Below are positions 56,766 to 64,000 of a stretch of DNA of 64,000 bases, piece by piece. Position 1 is the stretch's first letter. Every line of letters starts with the position of its first letter. The notes beneath the pieces are model-generated. The model saw only the letters and a list, made by a program, of their open reading frames with translations, did not search any database and was not told the origin of the DNA. Position numbers and translations under genes: made by a program. The stretch is from a virus: IMG/VR virus record IMGVR_UViG_3300043811_000226, one strand, 5' to 3'.

Positions 56766-57908
56766 CTACAGCTTGTAGATGCCGGTCGGCGTCGTCGGGG
56801 CGTAGATGCTCCCGATGTTGAAGCTGATGTTGCCGCCCGAGGGGGTGACCGGAAGACCGCCACCGAAGTCGCTCATGTCGGCCGTCGACCCCACCGCGAC
56901 GCCGCCCGCGGCCTGCGAGGTGATGGTGATCGAGCGGTCACCCTGGTTCGCCGCCGCGTTGAGCGTGCTCGCGTGACCGTCGCTCCAGTGGAACACCGGG
57001 GCGCCGCCCGTCGATCCGTCCCAGAGCTGGGCCTTGAGCGGCTCGACGTAGATGACGGTGTCGGTCGCGACGACCGCCTTGTCGACGACGACGCGCACCT
57101 TGCCGTCCTGGAACGCGATGAGCTTGTTCGTCGAGTCCGAGCCGCCCGCCGCGTCGTAGAAGCAGATGAACTGCCCAGGGTTACCCGCAGGCACCGTCGT
57201 CCAGGTCACGGGGCTCGTCGCGTTCGCAACGCCGCGGCTCGAGGTCGTTCCGGACACGGTCGGGTCGGTCCCGATGCGCGTGCCGAGGATGTCGACGACG
57301 AACTGCGCGAGCGTCAGGTCTACCGCGTAGCCTCCGCTCGCGTACGCGCCGGAGGTCTGGACCGCGAGACCCTCGAGTGTGTTGAGGTCGAAGGTGTTCG
57401 TGGCGACCGATGCGGCGAGGCCCGTCTGGTTCGCGGACTGGATACCAGCCGACGAGGTGATGCCGCCGCACACAAGCACATCGTTGTTCGAGAAGCCGTG
57501 GGTCGCCGACGTGTACACAGCCGGGTTCGCGTTCGTGACGTTCGTAATGAGCTTGAGCGAGTTTCCGGTGCTCGCAGTCGCGTCGATCAGGATCGCCTTC
57601 TGCGTGTCGCCGGTCCACGACAGGGCCTTCGTGTTGAAGCCGTCGCGTCCCTTGTCGAAGAGGTACGCGGCCCCAACGGCCCCGAGCGGCAGGTGGTGCC
57701 CGAACTCGACGTGGCGCATGCGCGCGCTTCGCAGGATGCGGTCGCGCGTCGTGCTGCTCTTGCGCTTCGCCTCGTGGTGCCGCCGCGCAACGCCCTCGTT
57801 GATGTGCCCGCGCATCAGGGCGTCGATCTCGACGCCGATGAGGCTCACGTCGGCGCGAGCGACGTAGGGACGCCCAACCCTGCGAATCCCGAACGGCAGT
57901 GCACTCAT
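56766..57908 (-). CDS. Virion structural protein with inserted small beta domains
   Basis: LFDKGRDGF..WTGDTQKAILID ... GLPVTPSGGNI core, interrupted by an ITNVTNANPAV..HGF module. Confidence 0.55.
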   Translation of the reverse strand: MSALPFGIRRVGRPYVARADVSLIGVEIDALMRGHINEGVARRHHEAKRKSSTTRDRILRSARMRHVEFGHHLPLGAVGAAYLFDKGRDGFNTKALSWTGDTQKAILIDATASTGNSLKLITNVTNANPAVYTSATHGFSNNDVLVCGGITSSAGIQSANQTGLAASVATNTFDLNTLEGLAVQTSGAYASGGYAVDLTLAQFVVDILGTRIGTDPTVSGTTSSRGVANATSPVTWTTVPAGNPGQFICFYDAAGGSDSTNKLIAFQDGKVRVVVDKAVVATDTVIYVEPLKAQLWDGSTGGAPVFHWSDGHASTLNAAANQGDRSITITSQAAGGVAVGSTADMSDFGGGLPVTPSGGNISFNIGSIYAPTTPTGIYKL

Positions 57909-58240
57909 CGCGTCATGCTCCCAGTGAAGGTCCGACCCTTGAGCGCCTCGAGCTCGTCGAGCCGCTTCTTCTCCTGCTCGGCTTTCTCCTCGTCCGTCGC
58001 GCCCTCCCCAGAAGACTCGCCCAGCGTCGCGAGGTCGCGCGCGTGGTAGGACTTGGCAGCCTGGCTCACGGCCGCCTGCGCCATCTCGCAGACCTCCGCC
58101 GCCGTCCGCCTCGGGCCGGTCGTGAACGGGTACGCGTGAACGTTCTTCCCGTCCGCATCCTCGATCACCATGTCGACGTGGATGCCATCCGCGTCATGTA
58201 CGACCGACCTTACGGTGCCTTGGAATGGCAGCTTGTACAT
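57905..58240 (-). CDS. Hypothetical protein
   Basis: 111 aa; leaderless candidate. Confidence 0.65.
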   Translation of the reverse strand: MYKLPFQGTVRSVVHDADGIHVDMVIEDADGKNVHAYPFTTGPRRTAAEVCEMAQAAVSQAAKSYHARDLATLGESSGEGATDEEKAEQEKKRLDELEALKGRTFTGSMTR

Positions 58241-58246
58241 GCGAAA

Positions 58247-58276
58247 AGGCTACCAGCTCCACAGGTGAATTGGCAA
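58247..58276 (-). promoter_or_regulatory. Sigma70-like promoter TTGCCA-N18-TAGCCT, 6 nt before ATG
   Basis: Read directly between the terminator and ATG 58240. Confidence 0.55.
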
Positions 58277-58293
58277 CGCAGTCACTGGAGGCT

Positions 58294-58316
58294 AAAAAGA
58301 GGGCCCGCAGGCCCTC
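58294..58316 (-). terminator. Intrinsic terminator
   Basis: GAGGGCC-TGCG-GGCCCTC-TTTTT on the minus strand. Confidence 0.8.
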
Positions 58317-58319
58317 CCC

Positions 58320-58601
58320 TCACTGGGCCACTACTTCTGCCTGGTGAAGTTCTTCTTCTAGTAAGTCCAGAGCCTTGGAGAGCTTGCCCTTGGACTCACC
58401 GTCAAGCTGGCCCACAGCGCGGGCAACGATGGTTGCAGCCCTGCGGAAGCCTTCTGCGTAGCGCTTGTCGCCCATCTTCTTGATGAGCGTTCTGACCTGG
58501 TCGAACGGGTCGGGCTCCGACGTCTTGGTAGGCGGCGGCTGCAGAGCGCTTGCTGCAAGAAGAGCGTGCCCGACTTGCCCATTCGACTTGGTCTTGTCCA
58601 T
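58320..58601 (-). CDS. Hypothetical protein
   Basis: 93 aa, AAGGAG SD. Confidence 0.65.
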   Translation of the reverse strand: MDKTKSNGQVGHALLAASALQPPPTKTSEPDPFDQVRTLIKKMGDKRYAEGFRRAATIVARAVGQLDGESKGKLSKALDLLEEELHQAEVVAQ

Positions 58602-58604
58602 GTT

Positions 58605-59489
58605 CTACTCCTTGTTCGCCCAGCCTGCGGGAAAGAGGTTCGCCCAACGCTCCCCACAGATGCGCCGCCACTTGCGGGCGAAACGCTGGATCTCGAGGTC
58701 GGCGTGGATATTGTCCCGCTCCTTGACGAACTTCATGATGGCCGCGGGATTTGTTGTCCAGATGAATGACGTCTCCGCCTGGTGCGGCAAGAAGCTCGAG
58801 GCGGCCTCGTAGATGCGCTTCTTGTCGAGGCTCGTCGGCGGCCTGCCGTAGTGCTGATGAAACGCTTCGCACTCCACCTGCACAGCGTCGAGGTAGTGCT
58901 CATAGGCCGACTGCATTGCTCGACGGAAGATGTCCTGCATCAAGCCGCGATGGTGGTCGGTGGCGTATTCGAACGCGGTCGACGTGTATTTTGGTGGCTC
59001 GATGAAGTAGCCGTAGTGGTGGGTGAAGCGGGTCGACTCCTGGCTCGGGTTGCCTTCTTCACTCCGGTCCGCACCGACGTAGTTGCGGATGATCTCGTGG
59101 CTAACCCGGCGACTGATGCCCGCGAAGAAGAAGCTCATCTTCGCGTGGTAGAGAATGCTGGCATGCGGGATGTCGCCTTGCTGCGTATTGGCGATGTACT
59201 CGGCGTTGCTCTTCCGCCCTGCCTTGTCCCCGAAGGAGTCGTAACACTTTCGTCCCGCGAGCTCGACGAGCAGCTCGTTAGCGGTGAGCTCTCGGCCTGT
59301 CGCCTCATCGATGCCGCCGTGCGGGAAGAGCACCATGCCATCCTCGGCACCTTCCGGAATGCACTCTGGACGGTGCTCACGGACCCACTCCAGCATGCCC
59401 TCGACGCCCATCATCGACAGGCTCATTTCCGCGATGGGAATGATGGTCGGGGCATCGGTGCCCCTCAAAATCGTAACTTTGTTTGCCAT
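58605..59489 (-). CDS. thyX: Flavin-dependent thymidylate synthase, divergent
   Basis: ELAGRKCYDS, HASILYH, ISRRVSHEIIR, SQESTR, LPHQAET, ADLEIQ. Start ATG 59489 (GGAGGT). Confidence 0.8.
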   Translation of the reverse strand: MANKVTILRGTDAPTIIPIAEMSLSMMGVEGMLEWVREHRPECIPEGAEDGMVLFPHGGIDEATGRELTANELLVELAGRKCYDSFGDKAGRKSNAEYIANTQQGDIPHASILYHAKMSFFFAGISRRVSHEIIRNYVGADRSEEGNPSQESTRFTHHYGYFIEPPKYTSTAFEYATDHHRGLMQDIFRRAMQSAYEHYLDAVQVECEAFHQHYGRPPTSLDKKRIYEAASSFLPHQAETSFIWTTNPAAIMKFVKERDNIHADLEIQRFARKWRRICGERWANLFPAGWANKE

Positions 59490-59524
59490 GCTGACCTCCA
59501 CGTGCGCGTGTCTGCGCCGTGGCG

Positions 59525-59532
59525 CTTATACC
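59525..59532 (-). promoter_or_regulatory. GGTATAAG candidate promoter element
   Basis: 35 nt before the thyX ATG. Confidence 0.55.
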
Positions 59533-59589
59533 CTGCGCACATAGGAACTTCACAACCTACCGCTGGCTCATCGGAAAGAGAAGCCAGTA

Positions 59590-59973
59590 CTACTCGAGGT
59601 CGAGTGGAGGTACATCCACGTTCCACTTCTTCTTCACGACGAAGGCGACGCTCGAGTAGGTCGACGATGCGAACCAGCCAGTGACCACGCCGAAGATGAT
59701 GCGCGCGCCGGGTGTACTCGTGGCCACCTGAGGCAGCGGGTAGAAGACCATGATGCGCGCGAGGAGCGCACCTAGGAGGCACGGCAAGAAGGGAAGAACA
59801 AACTCTTCCCACACGCGCTCCTCCACCGTCAATGGCGTCGACTTCGAGAGAGAAGGCCAGATGGCCTCCACAAGACGGCGCACACCAAAAGAGACGATGA
59901 CTAGAAAGAGGCTGAACAACCCGACTGCGGGTGTCAGTATGTTGGTCAGGTCGGCCAAGAGAGCAGCCTCCAC
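59590..59973 (-). CDS. Three-TM membrane protein, holin-like
   Basis: 127 aa; three hydrophobic segments; basic KKK near the C-terminus. Confidence 0.5.
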   Translation of the reverse strand: MEAALLADLTNILTPAVGLFSLFLVIVSFGVRRLVEAIWPSLSKSTPLTVEERVWEEFVLPFLPCLLGALLARIMVFYPLPQVATSTPGARIIFGVVTGWFASSTYSSVAFVVKKKWNVDVPPLDLE

Positions 59974-59979
59974 ACAACC

Positions 59980-59985
59980 AGTATA
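59980..59985 (-). promoter_or_regulatory. TATACT -10-like hexamer, 6 nt before GTG (leaderless candidate)
   Basis: TAG TATACT GGTTGT GTG; no SD. Confidence 0.5.
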
Positions 59986-62900
59986 CTACGGGCTCAGCAG
60001 GACGGCCTGGTTGAACATCATGTTCTGCCCACTGACGAGGTCCGTGCTGGCTGCATTTCCGAAGGCGGCGATGCCCGTCTCGACTCCCAGCAAGGGGTAG
60101 TCGCCCGGAGTACCGAGACCCGTAGGTGTGGTCGCGAGGTTGGCTGTGACCTGGATGTGCGCAAGAGATCCGTCCGCTGCCTTGAAGCACTTGTTGCCGA
60201 AGATCTCGAACCGAGGAACCTGCCCCTCAGCCCCGATGGCGATCTGCGCTCCATCCGAGAAGTTGCCCAGGCAGTAATTGTCTCGGATGGAGATCATCTG
60301 GTCCAGAACGGTGCTGTAGATTCCTGTGGTCTGGAAGATGCCGATGATGCCCGCGCCGCCGTTGTTGACGCAGCGGGTGCCGATGACTTGCACGTCCCCC
60401 ATGTTCCAACCACCAAGCAGGATGCCTGCCCCTGCGTTGTTGGAGTATTCGCCGCCAAGGATCCTCAAGTTGTCCAGCGTCGCGCTGCTGCTCGAGCCGG
60501 TCGGAACAACGAGGCCGACGCCGGTGTTCAGAGCCTTGCAGTTGCGCAGCACGATCCCGTAGGACGCACTCACGGCGCCGTAGTTGATGTAGTAGCCCGT
60601 CTCAAGGTTCGAACCAGAGCCTGGACGGAAGTACGACGAATAACAATGCACCAGCTCAACGCCGGACATGGGCTGGATGCCGAAGACGCCGTTGGTTGCC
60701 CACCGCGTTGTCCCAGACCCTGCAATGCCCTGGATGACCACGTTCTCGAGGGTGGCGTTGACCTCTCCTGAAATGCCGAACGTACTGTCGATGTTGAGTC
60801 GATAGTTCGGCGCAGCACCGCTGCCCGTGGTCACGTAGTTGCTGAACCTGACGTTCTTGATCTTCGTCGACGTGGACCGGCTAAGCGTGGTCGGTGTAGG
60901 AGGCAGCTCGAAGCGCACGTCGCACGCACTCGACTGCTGGTTGAACGCAGAGAACGAGACGTTGTCCATCTCGAAGCCGAGGTCTCCTGGAATGAAGAAG
61001 CCGGAGAACCCGATCGAGAAGGTGAACTGACCCCAGTCCGCTGCGGAGAAGGTGTTGCCTACGGCCAGCCCTGCAGAGACGGTCTGCGCATTGCCTCCAT
61101 GCTGGGTGCCCGTGAAGTTGGTGTTTCGGATCCGGATGACCTGCGCACAGATGAATCCCGGCGAGAAGGCACTGGCGGCCAGCGGCGACAACCAGTTGCA
61201 GTTGTCCATCGTGACCGTGCCGATGTTGGTCAGGTGCGCGAGGTTCGTGTTCCCCGGCGCCACGGGGCTGATGTAAAACAAGATGGAGTTGGCGAGCGAC
61301 GTCACTACGGTCGCGTTGCACTTCTCCCAGGTGACGTCGGTAACCGTGAAGACGCTCGCCGGTTCCGCTGCCCCCGTGATGGCAATGAGCCCCGTGTTGT
61401 ACTGGAGGTCGCTGGTGAGCGTCGCCGTACCACCAAGGATGTACGCGCAGTCCCGGAAGCGAACGTTGCTTACCGTACCGCCTGAAGCACCGTTCGGACC
61501 CATGACCACTGGGGCTGTTCCATCCGAGCACCAGAAGAAGCACTCGTCGAAGAAGAACCCGCTGTGGACCAGGCCATCACCAAGCTCGACGAAGACACCT
61601 GCATTGGCCGCCGTGAGCACACGGAACGTGCAGCGCTGCGCATGGAAGCTGATGCCTCCAGGCAGAAGACCTGGGTTGGCGACCAAGATAGCGAGGTCCA
61701 CAAGGACCATATCGGTGAGCCGAACGCCGCCCAGCAAGCACTCGACCGCAACGCCTCCTGAAGCCGTGCTGGTCATCGTCATGCTGCGCAAGTCGATGAC
61801 GCCCGCAGTGTCCATGACCAGAAGGTCGCCGACCCCTACGTTCAAGAAGGTCGTGTACGCGTGGTGCCCTTCGATGACGAGGTTGCCCGTCACCGTGTAG
61901 GTGTTGTTCATCGTGTACGTGCCAGACTTGACGGAAATGTGCCCAGAAGCGGCACCCGAGGCGACGTAGAAGGCGATGGCGTGATCCAGCCCGAGCGCTC
62001 CGTTGAAGTCCCCGAAGGTGTTCACTCCATCGCCGACCGTGCAGCTCCAGCGTGCATTCAGCTTCTTCAGAAGGGAATCGGGAGACGTCAGCGAACCCGC
62101 CGTCGGAAGCTGCTCGAGAGTCCGTACCCACTGGTCCCCTTCGGACGCCGTGGCCGACGTCAGAGGAATGGCGGCAACGAAGTGCGTCGGGGGTGTGAGA
62201 TTGCCGTCCTCGAGAAACAGCGTCCCGTTCGGCACGCCGAAAGCGCCGCCGCCCGTAGGCTGGAGGTAGCTGCCGGAGATGATGCCGGGGTGGACGGTGC
62301 CAGTGGGGTCATCGAGCAGCTGGTGAAGAATGAGCGCGTGGATCGTGTTGTCACGCGTGAGCGTCAGAACGGACCGAGTCGGCGAGCCCGAGTCGTTGGG
62401 GTCGACCGAGAAGGTCATGAGTGGGCTCTGCGCGAGCCTCGTACCGTCCGGCGTGGTGAAGATGCTGGCCGAGAGTGATGTGACGGTCGCGCCCACTACA
62501 CCTGGCGTCGAGACCTGCTTGACGAAGTCCTCGAAGTCCGCCGTATCTCCGCGGCCAAGTCGGTCAGCAAAGAAGGCGTCCGCCGGCAGCGTGGCGAGGT
62601 TGGTTCGACTCCCGTAGTAGACGCGGTACGTCGCACCTGTCGGGATGGAGAGGTTGAGCGTGAGCGTCACGTTGCCTGCGGAGAAGCCACCGCCCACAGA
62701 GCCACCCGAGATACTCGCAACGACGATCTTCGCACCCCCGACCTGGATGTCGTTGTCGTTCGCGTCGGTGATCTGAAAGAGTTCGGTCAGCGGTGTGAAA
62801 GCCGAGATGCCGAGGAAGATGCCGGGGCCGACAAGCGTGACGCTCGGGGTGGGGCTACCGGTAGGACCGACATTCGCTGTTACCGTGACTTCTGCGAGGT

Positions 62901-63135
62901 CCCGATGCAGCAAGTCGTCGATGAAGTCCGTGTTCGTCGCCAGCGCCTGGCTGGCGCGGTTTGCATCTGCGCTCGTCGCGTCCTCTCCGAAGGCCACGAA
63001 GTAGGTGCCGGCGTTCGGTCCACCCGACTTCTGCCCATCAGCAAACGCCGGCGTGCCGGAGACGGCATTGTTGATGTAGTCGTACCCGGCAGGCAGTCCG
63101 CCGAAATAGGAAGGAGTCGTCAGTCGATGGAACAT
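59986..63135 (-). CDS. Tail spike/fibre with parallel beta-helix (possible depolymerase)
   Basis: 1049 aa; TVGDG..GDF..AI..VKSGTY entry motif followed by N/G-rich beta-helix rungs. Confidence 0.7.
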   Translation of the reverse strand: MFHRLTTPSYFGGLPAGYDYINNAVSGTPAFADGQKSGGPNAGTYFVAFGEDATSADANRASQALATNTDFIDDLLHRDLAEVTVTANVGPTGSPTPSVTLVGPGIFLGISAFTPLTELFQITDANDNDIQVGGAKIVVASISGGSVGGGFSAGNVTLTLNLSIPTGATYRVYYGSRTNLATLPADAFFADRLGRGDTADFEDFVKQVSTPGVVGATVTSLSASIFTTPDGTRLAQSPLMTFSVDPNDSGSPTRSVLTLTRDNTIHALILHQLLDDPTGTVHPGIISGSYLQPTGGGAFGVPNGTLFLEDGNLTPPTHFVAAIPLTSATASEGDQWVRTLEQLPTAGSLTSPDSLLKKLNARWSCTVGDGVNTFGDFNGALGLDHAIAFYVASGAASGHISVKSGTYTMNNTYTVTGNLVIEGHHAYTTFLNVGVGDLLVMDTAGVIDLRSMTMTSTASGGVAVECLLGGVRLTDMVLVDLAILVANPGLLPGGISFHAQRCTFRVLTAANAGVFVELGDGLVHSGFFFDECFFWCSDGTAPVVMGPNGASGGTVSNVRFRDCAYILGGTATLTSDLQYNTGLIAITGAAEPASVFTVTDVTWEKCNATVVTSLANSILFYISPVAPGNTNLAHLTNIGTVTMDNCNWLSPLAASAFSPGFICAQVIRIRNTNFTGTQHGGNAQTVSAGLAVGNTFSAADWGQFTFSIGFSGFFIPGDLGFEMDNVSFSAFNQQSSACDVRFELPPTPTTLSRSTSTKIKNVRFSNYVTTGSGAAPNYRLNIDSTFGISGEVNATLENVVIQGIAGSGTTRWATNGVFGIQPMSGVELVHCYSSYFRPGSGSNLETGYYINYGAVSASYGIVLRNCKALNTGVGLVVPTGSSSSATLDNLRILGGEYSNNAGAGILLGGWNMGDVQVIGTRCVNNGGAGIIGIFQTTGIYSTVLDQMISIRDNYCLGNFSDGAQIAIGAEGQVPRFEIFGNKCFKAADGSLAHIQVTANLATTPTGLGTPGDYPLLGVETGIAAFGNAASTDLVSGQNMMFNQAVLLSP

Positions 63136-63137
63136 GG

Positions 63138-63785
63138 TTAGAACCTCACCGTCCAGGCGACCTCGAAGTCGAAGGCGTTGGTCTTGGAGATAGTATCGAA
63201 CGTGTCAAACGCGACACCTGTGTTGTTGAACACGTTGGGGTTCGCTGCAGAAGTGAAGAGCATGACTTCGGAGAGAGGCACCGTCAGAAAGGGCGAGTAG
63301 CTGACGTCGGTCTGCCCGAAGAGGATGCTGAAGGTCACCTCCGTGGCCGTGGCATGCGTAGCTGGTGCCTGCACCTGGCCCAGCCAGACATCTCCACCAA
63401 GACCTGGGTAGGGGTTCGAGGAGCCGCTGATGCGCACGGGGCGCTCGAGTACCGTAACCGTGGGGTCGGTGTCGGTCTGCAGGTTCGAGCCGGGGTACGC
63501 CGTACTGAGGGGAGGGGAGTTGGCCGTCGTCAGAGCCAGCTGCCGCGTACCGCCGATGCCGAGACCCATATACTTGATGCGGTCGTTTCGCTCGGGTGTG
63601 TCCGGACCGAACGACACGTAAGCGATGAGGCTCGCCAAATACTCCCGCCCGAGGTTCAGCCAGATGTTGTGGCCCGCGCGTCGAGCGACAATCTTGCCGC
63701 GTTCTCGGGCGATCAGAACGAGGTTGTTTCGAACCTCGACGGTCGCTCCTCGCCGCACCCCCAGCCGCATCCTCTGTTTCCTCAT
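63138..63785 (-). CDS. Baseplate/tail-fibre attachment-type protein
   Basis: HNIWLNLGREYL, YMGLGIGG, LSEVMLF pattern. Confidence 0.5.
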   Translation of the reverse strand: MRKQRMRLGVRRGATVEVRNNLVLIARERGKIVARRAGHNIWLNLGREYLASLIAYVSFGPDTPERNDRIKYMGLGIGGTRQLALTTANSPPLSTAYPGSNLQTDTDPTVTVLERPVRISGSSNPYPGLGGDVWLGQVQAPATHATATEVTFSILFGQTDVSYSPFLTVPLSEVMLFTSAANPNVFNNTGVAFDTFDTISKTNAFDFEVAWTVRF

Positions 63786-64000
63786 GAAGCGCTCCCGACT
63801 ATGTTACCGAGTTCCTCGAAGAAGGACGACTGCATCACCGACGAAATCTTGGTGAGCTTCTTCTTCGACGCAATGAGCTCCTTCAGGCGCTCGATGGTGA
63901 CCTTCGAGATGGGACCGAGGAAGCGATCCGTGTTGTAGTGCTGCAAGTAGAGCTTCTTTGCCTCCTCCTTGCTGCCCACACCTAGAATCACCTTGTCCTC
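63782..64000 (-). CDS. Partial CDS (3' end) with inorganic-pyrophosphatase-like phage domain signature
   Basis: Open from the window edge: EDKVILGVGSKEEAKKLYLQHY. Confidence 0.45.
   Translation of the reverse strand, partial: EDKVILGVGSKEEAKKLYLQHYNTDRFLGPISKVTIERLKELIASKKKLTKISSVMQSSFFEELGNIVGSAS

Noticed and set aside
36832-59489. Uracil-substituted genome as in AR9/PBS1
   Set aside because: An intact-looking family-4 UDG plus ThyX argues for thymine DNA.
11753-59998. GCTGAGC near three late starts (11753, 33903, 59992)
   Set aside because: Variable spacing, and the heptamer also occurs several times inside genes.
1-64000. Long antisense/overlapping ORFs in the track (e.g. 3508-5937+, 13647-15758+, 1263-2570+, 56367-58049+)
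   Set aside because: They are shadows of real genes on the opposite strand in GC-rich DNA, with R/G/V/L-biased translations and no motifs.

Overview
The whole window reads as part of one large, GC-rich tailed dsDNA phage genome, probably contractile-tailed. I see no host housekeeping genes, integrase, tRNA/rRNA or CRISPR array. Minus-strand blocks carry morphogenesis genes: neck, major capsid, decoration, scaffold-like proteins, prohead protease, GpA-type terminase, baseplate spike, portal, fibres and a holin-like protein. They also carry a ~2150-aa single-chain beta-beta' RNA polymerase. Plus-strand blocks carry a MoxR-AAA+/VWA-metallopeptidase operon and a replication/recombination operon (SF2 helicase, family-4 UDG, DnaB, DnaG, gp32-like SSB, PolA, HU, RecA, nucleases). 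Most notable: (1) the fused RNAP lacks the beta' zinc finger and sits in a virion operon; (2) a K-x-A(-S/A/E) motif is repeated throughout the head proteins next to an assemblin-type protease; (3) two candidate promoter classes, GGYATAAG and leaderless TAnnnT-N6-start; (4) a likely -1 frameshift at GGGAAAA (50385-50391); (5) an AT-rich recoded patch over PolA motif B. All product calls come from motif recognition by eye, with no database search. Several starts were moved from the ORF track using SD sequences and gene coupling.
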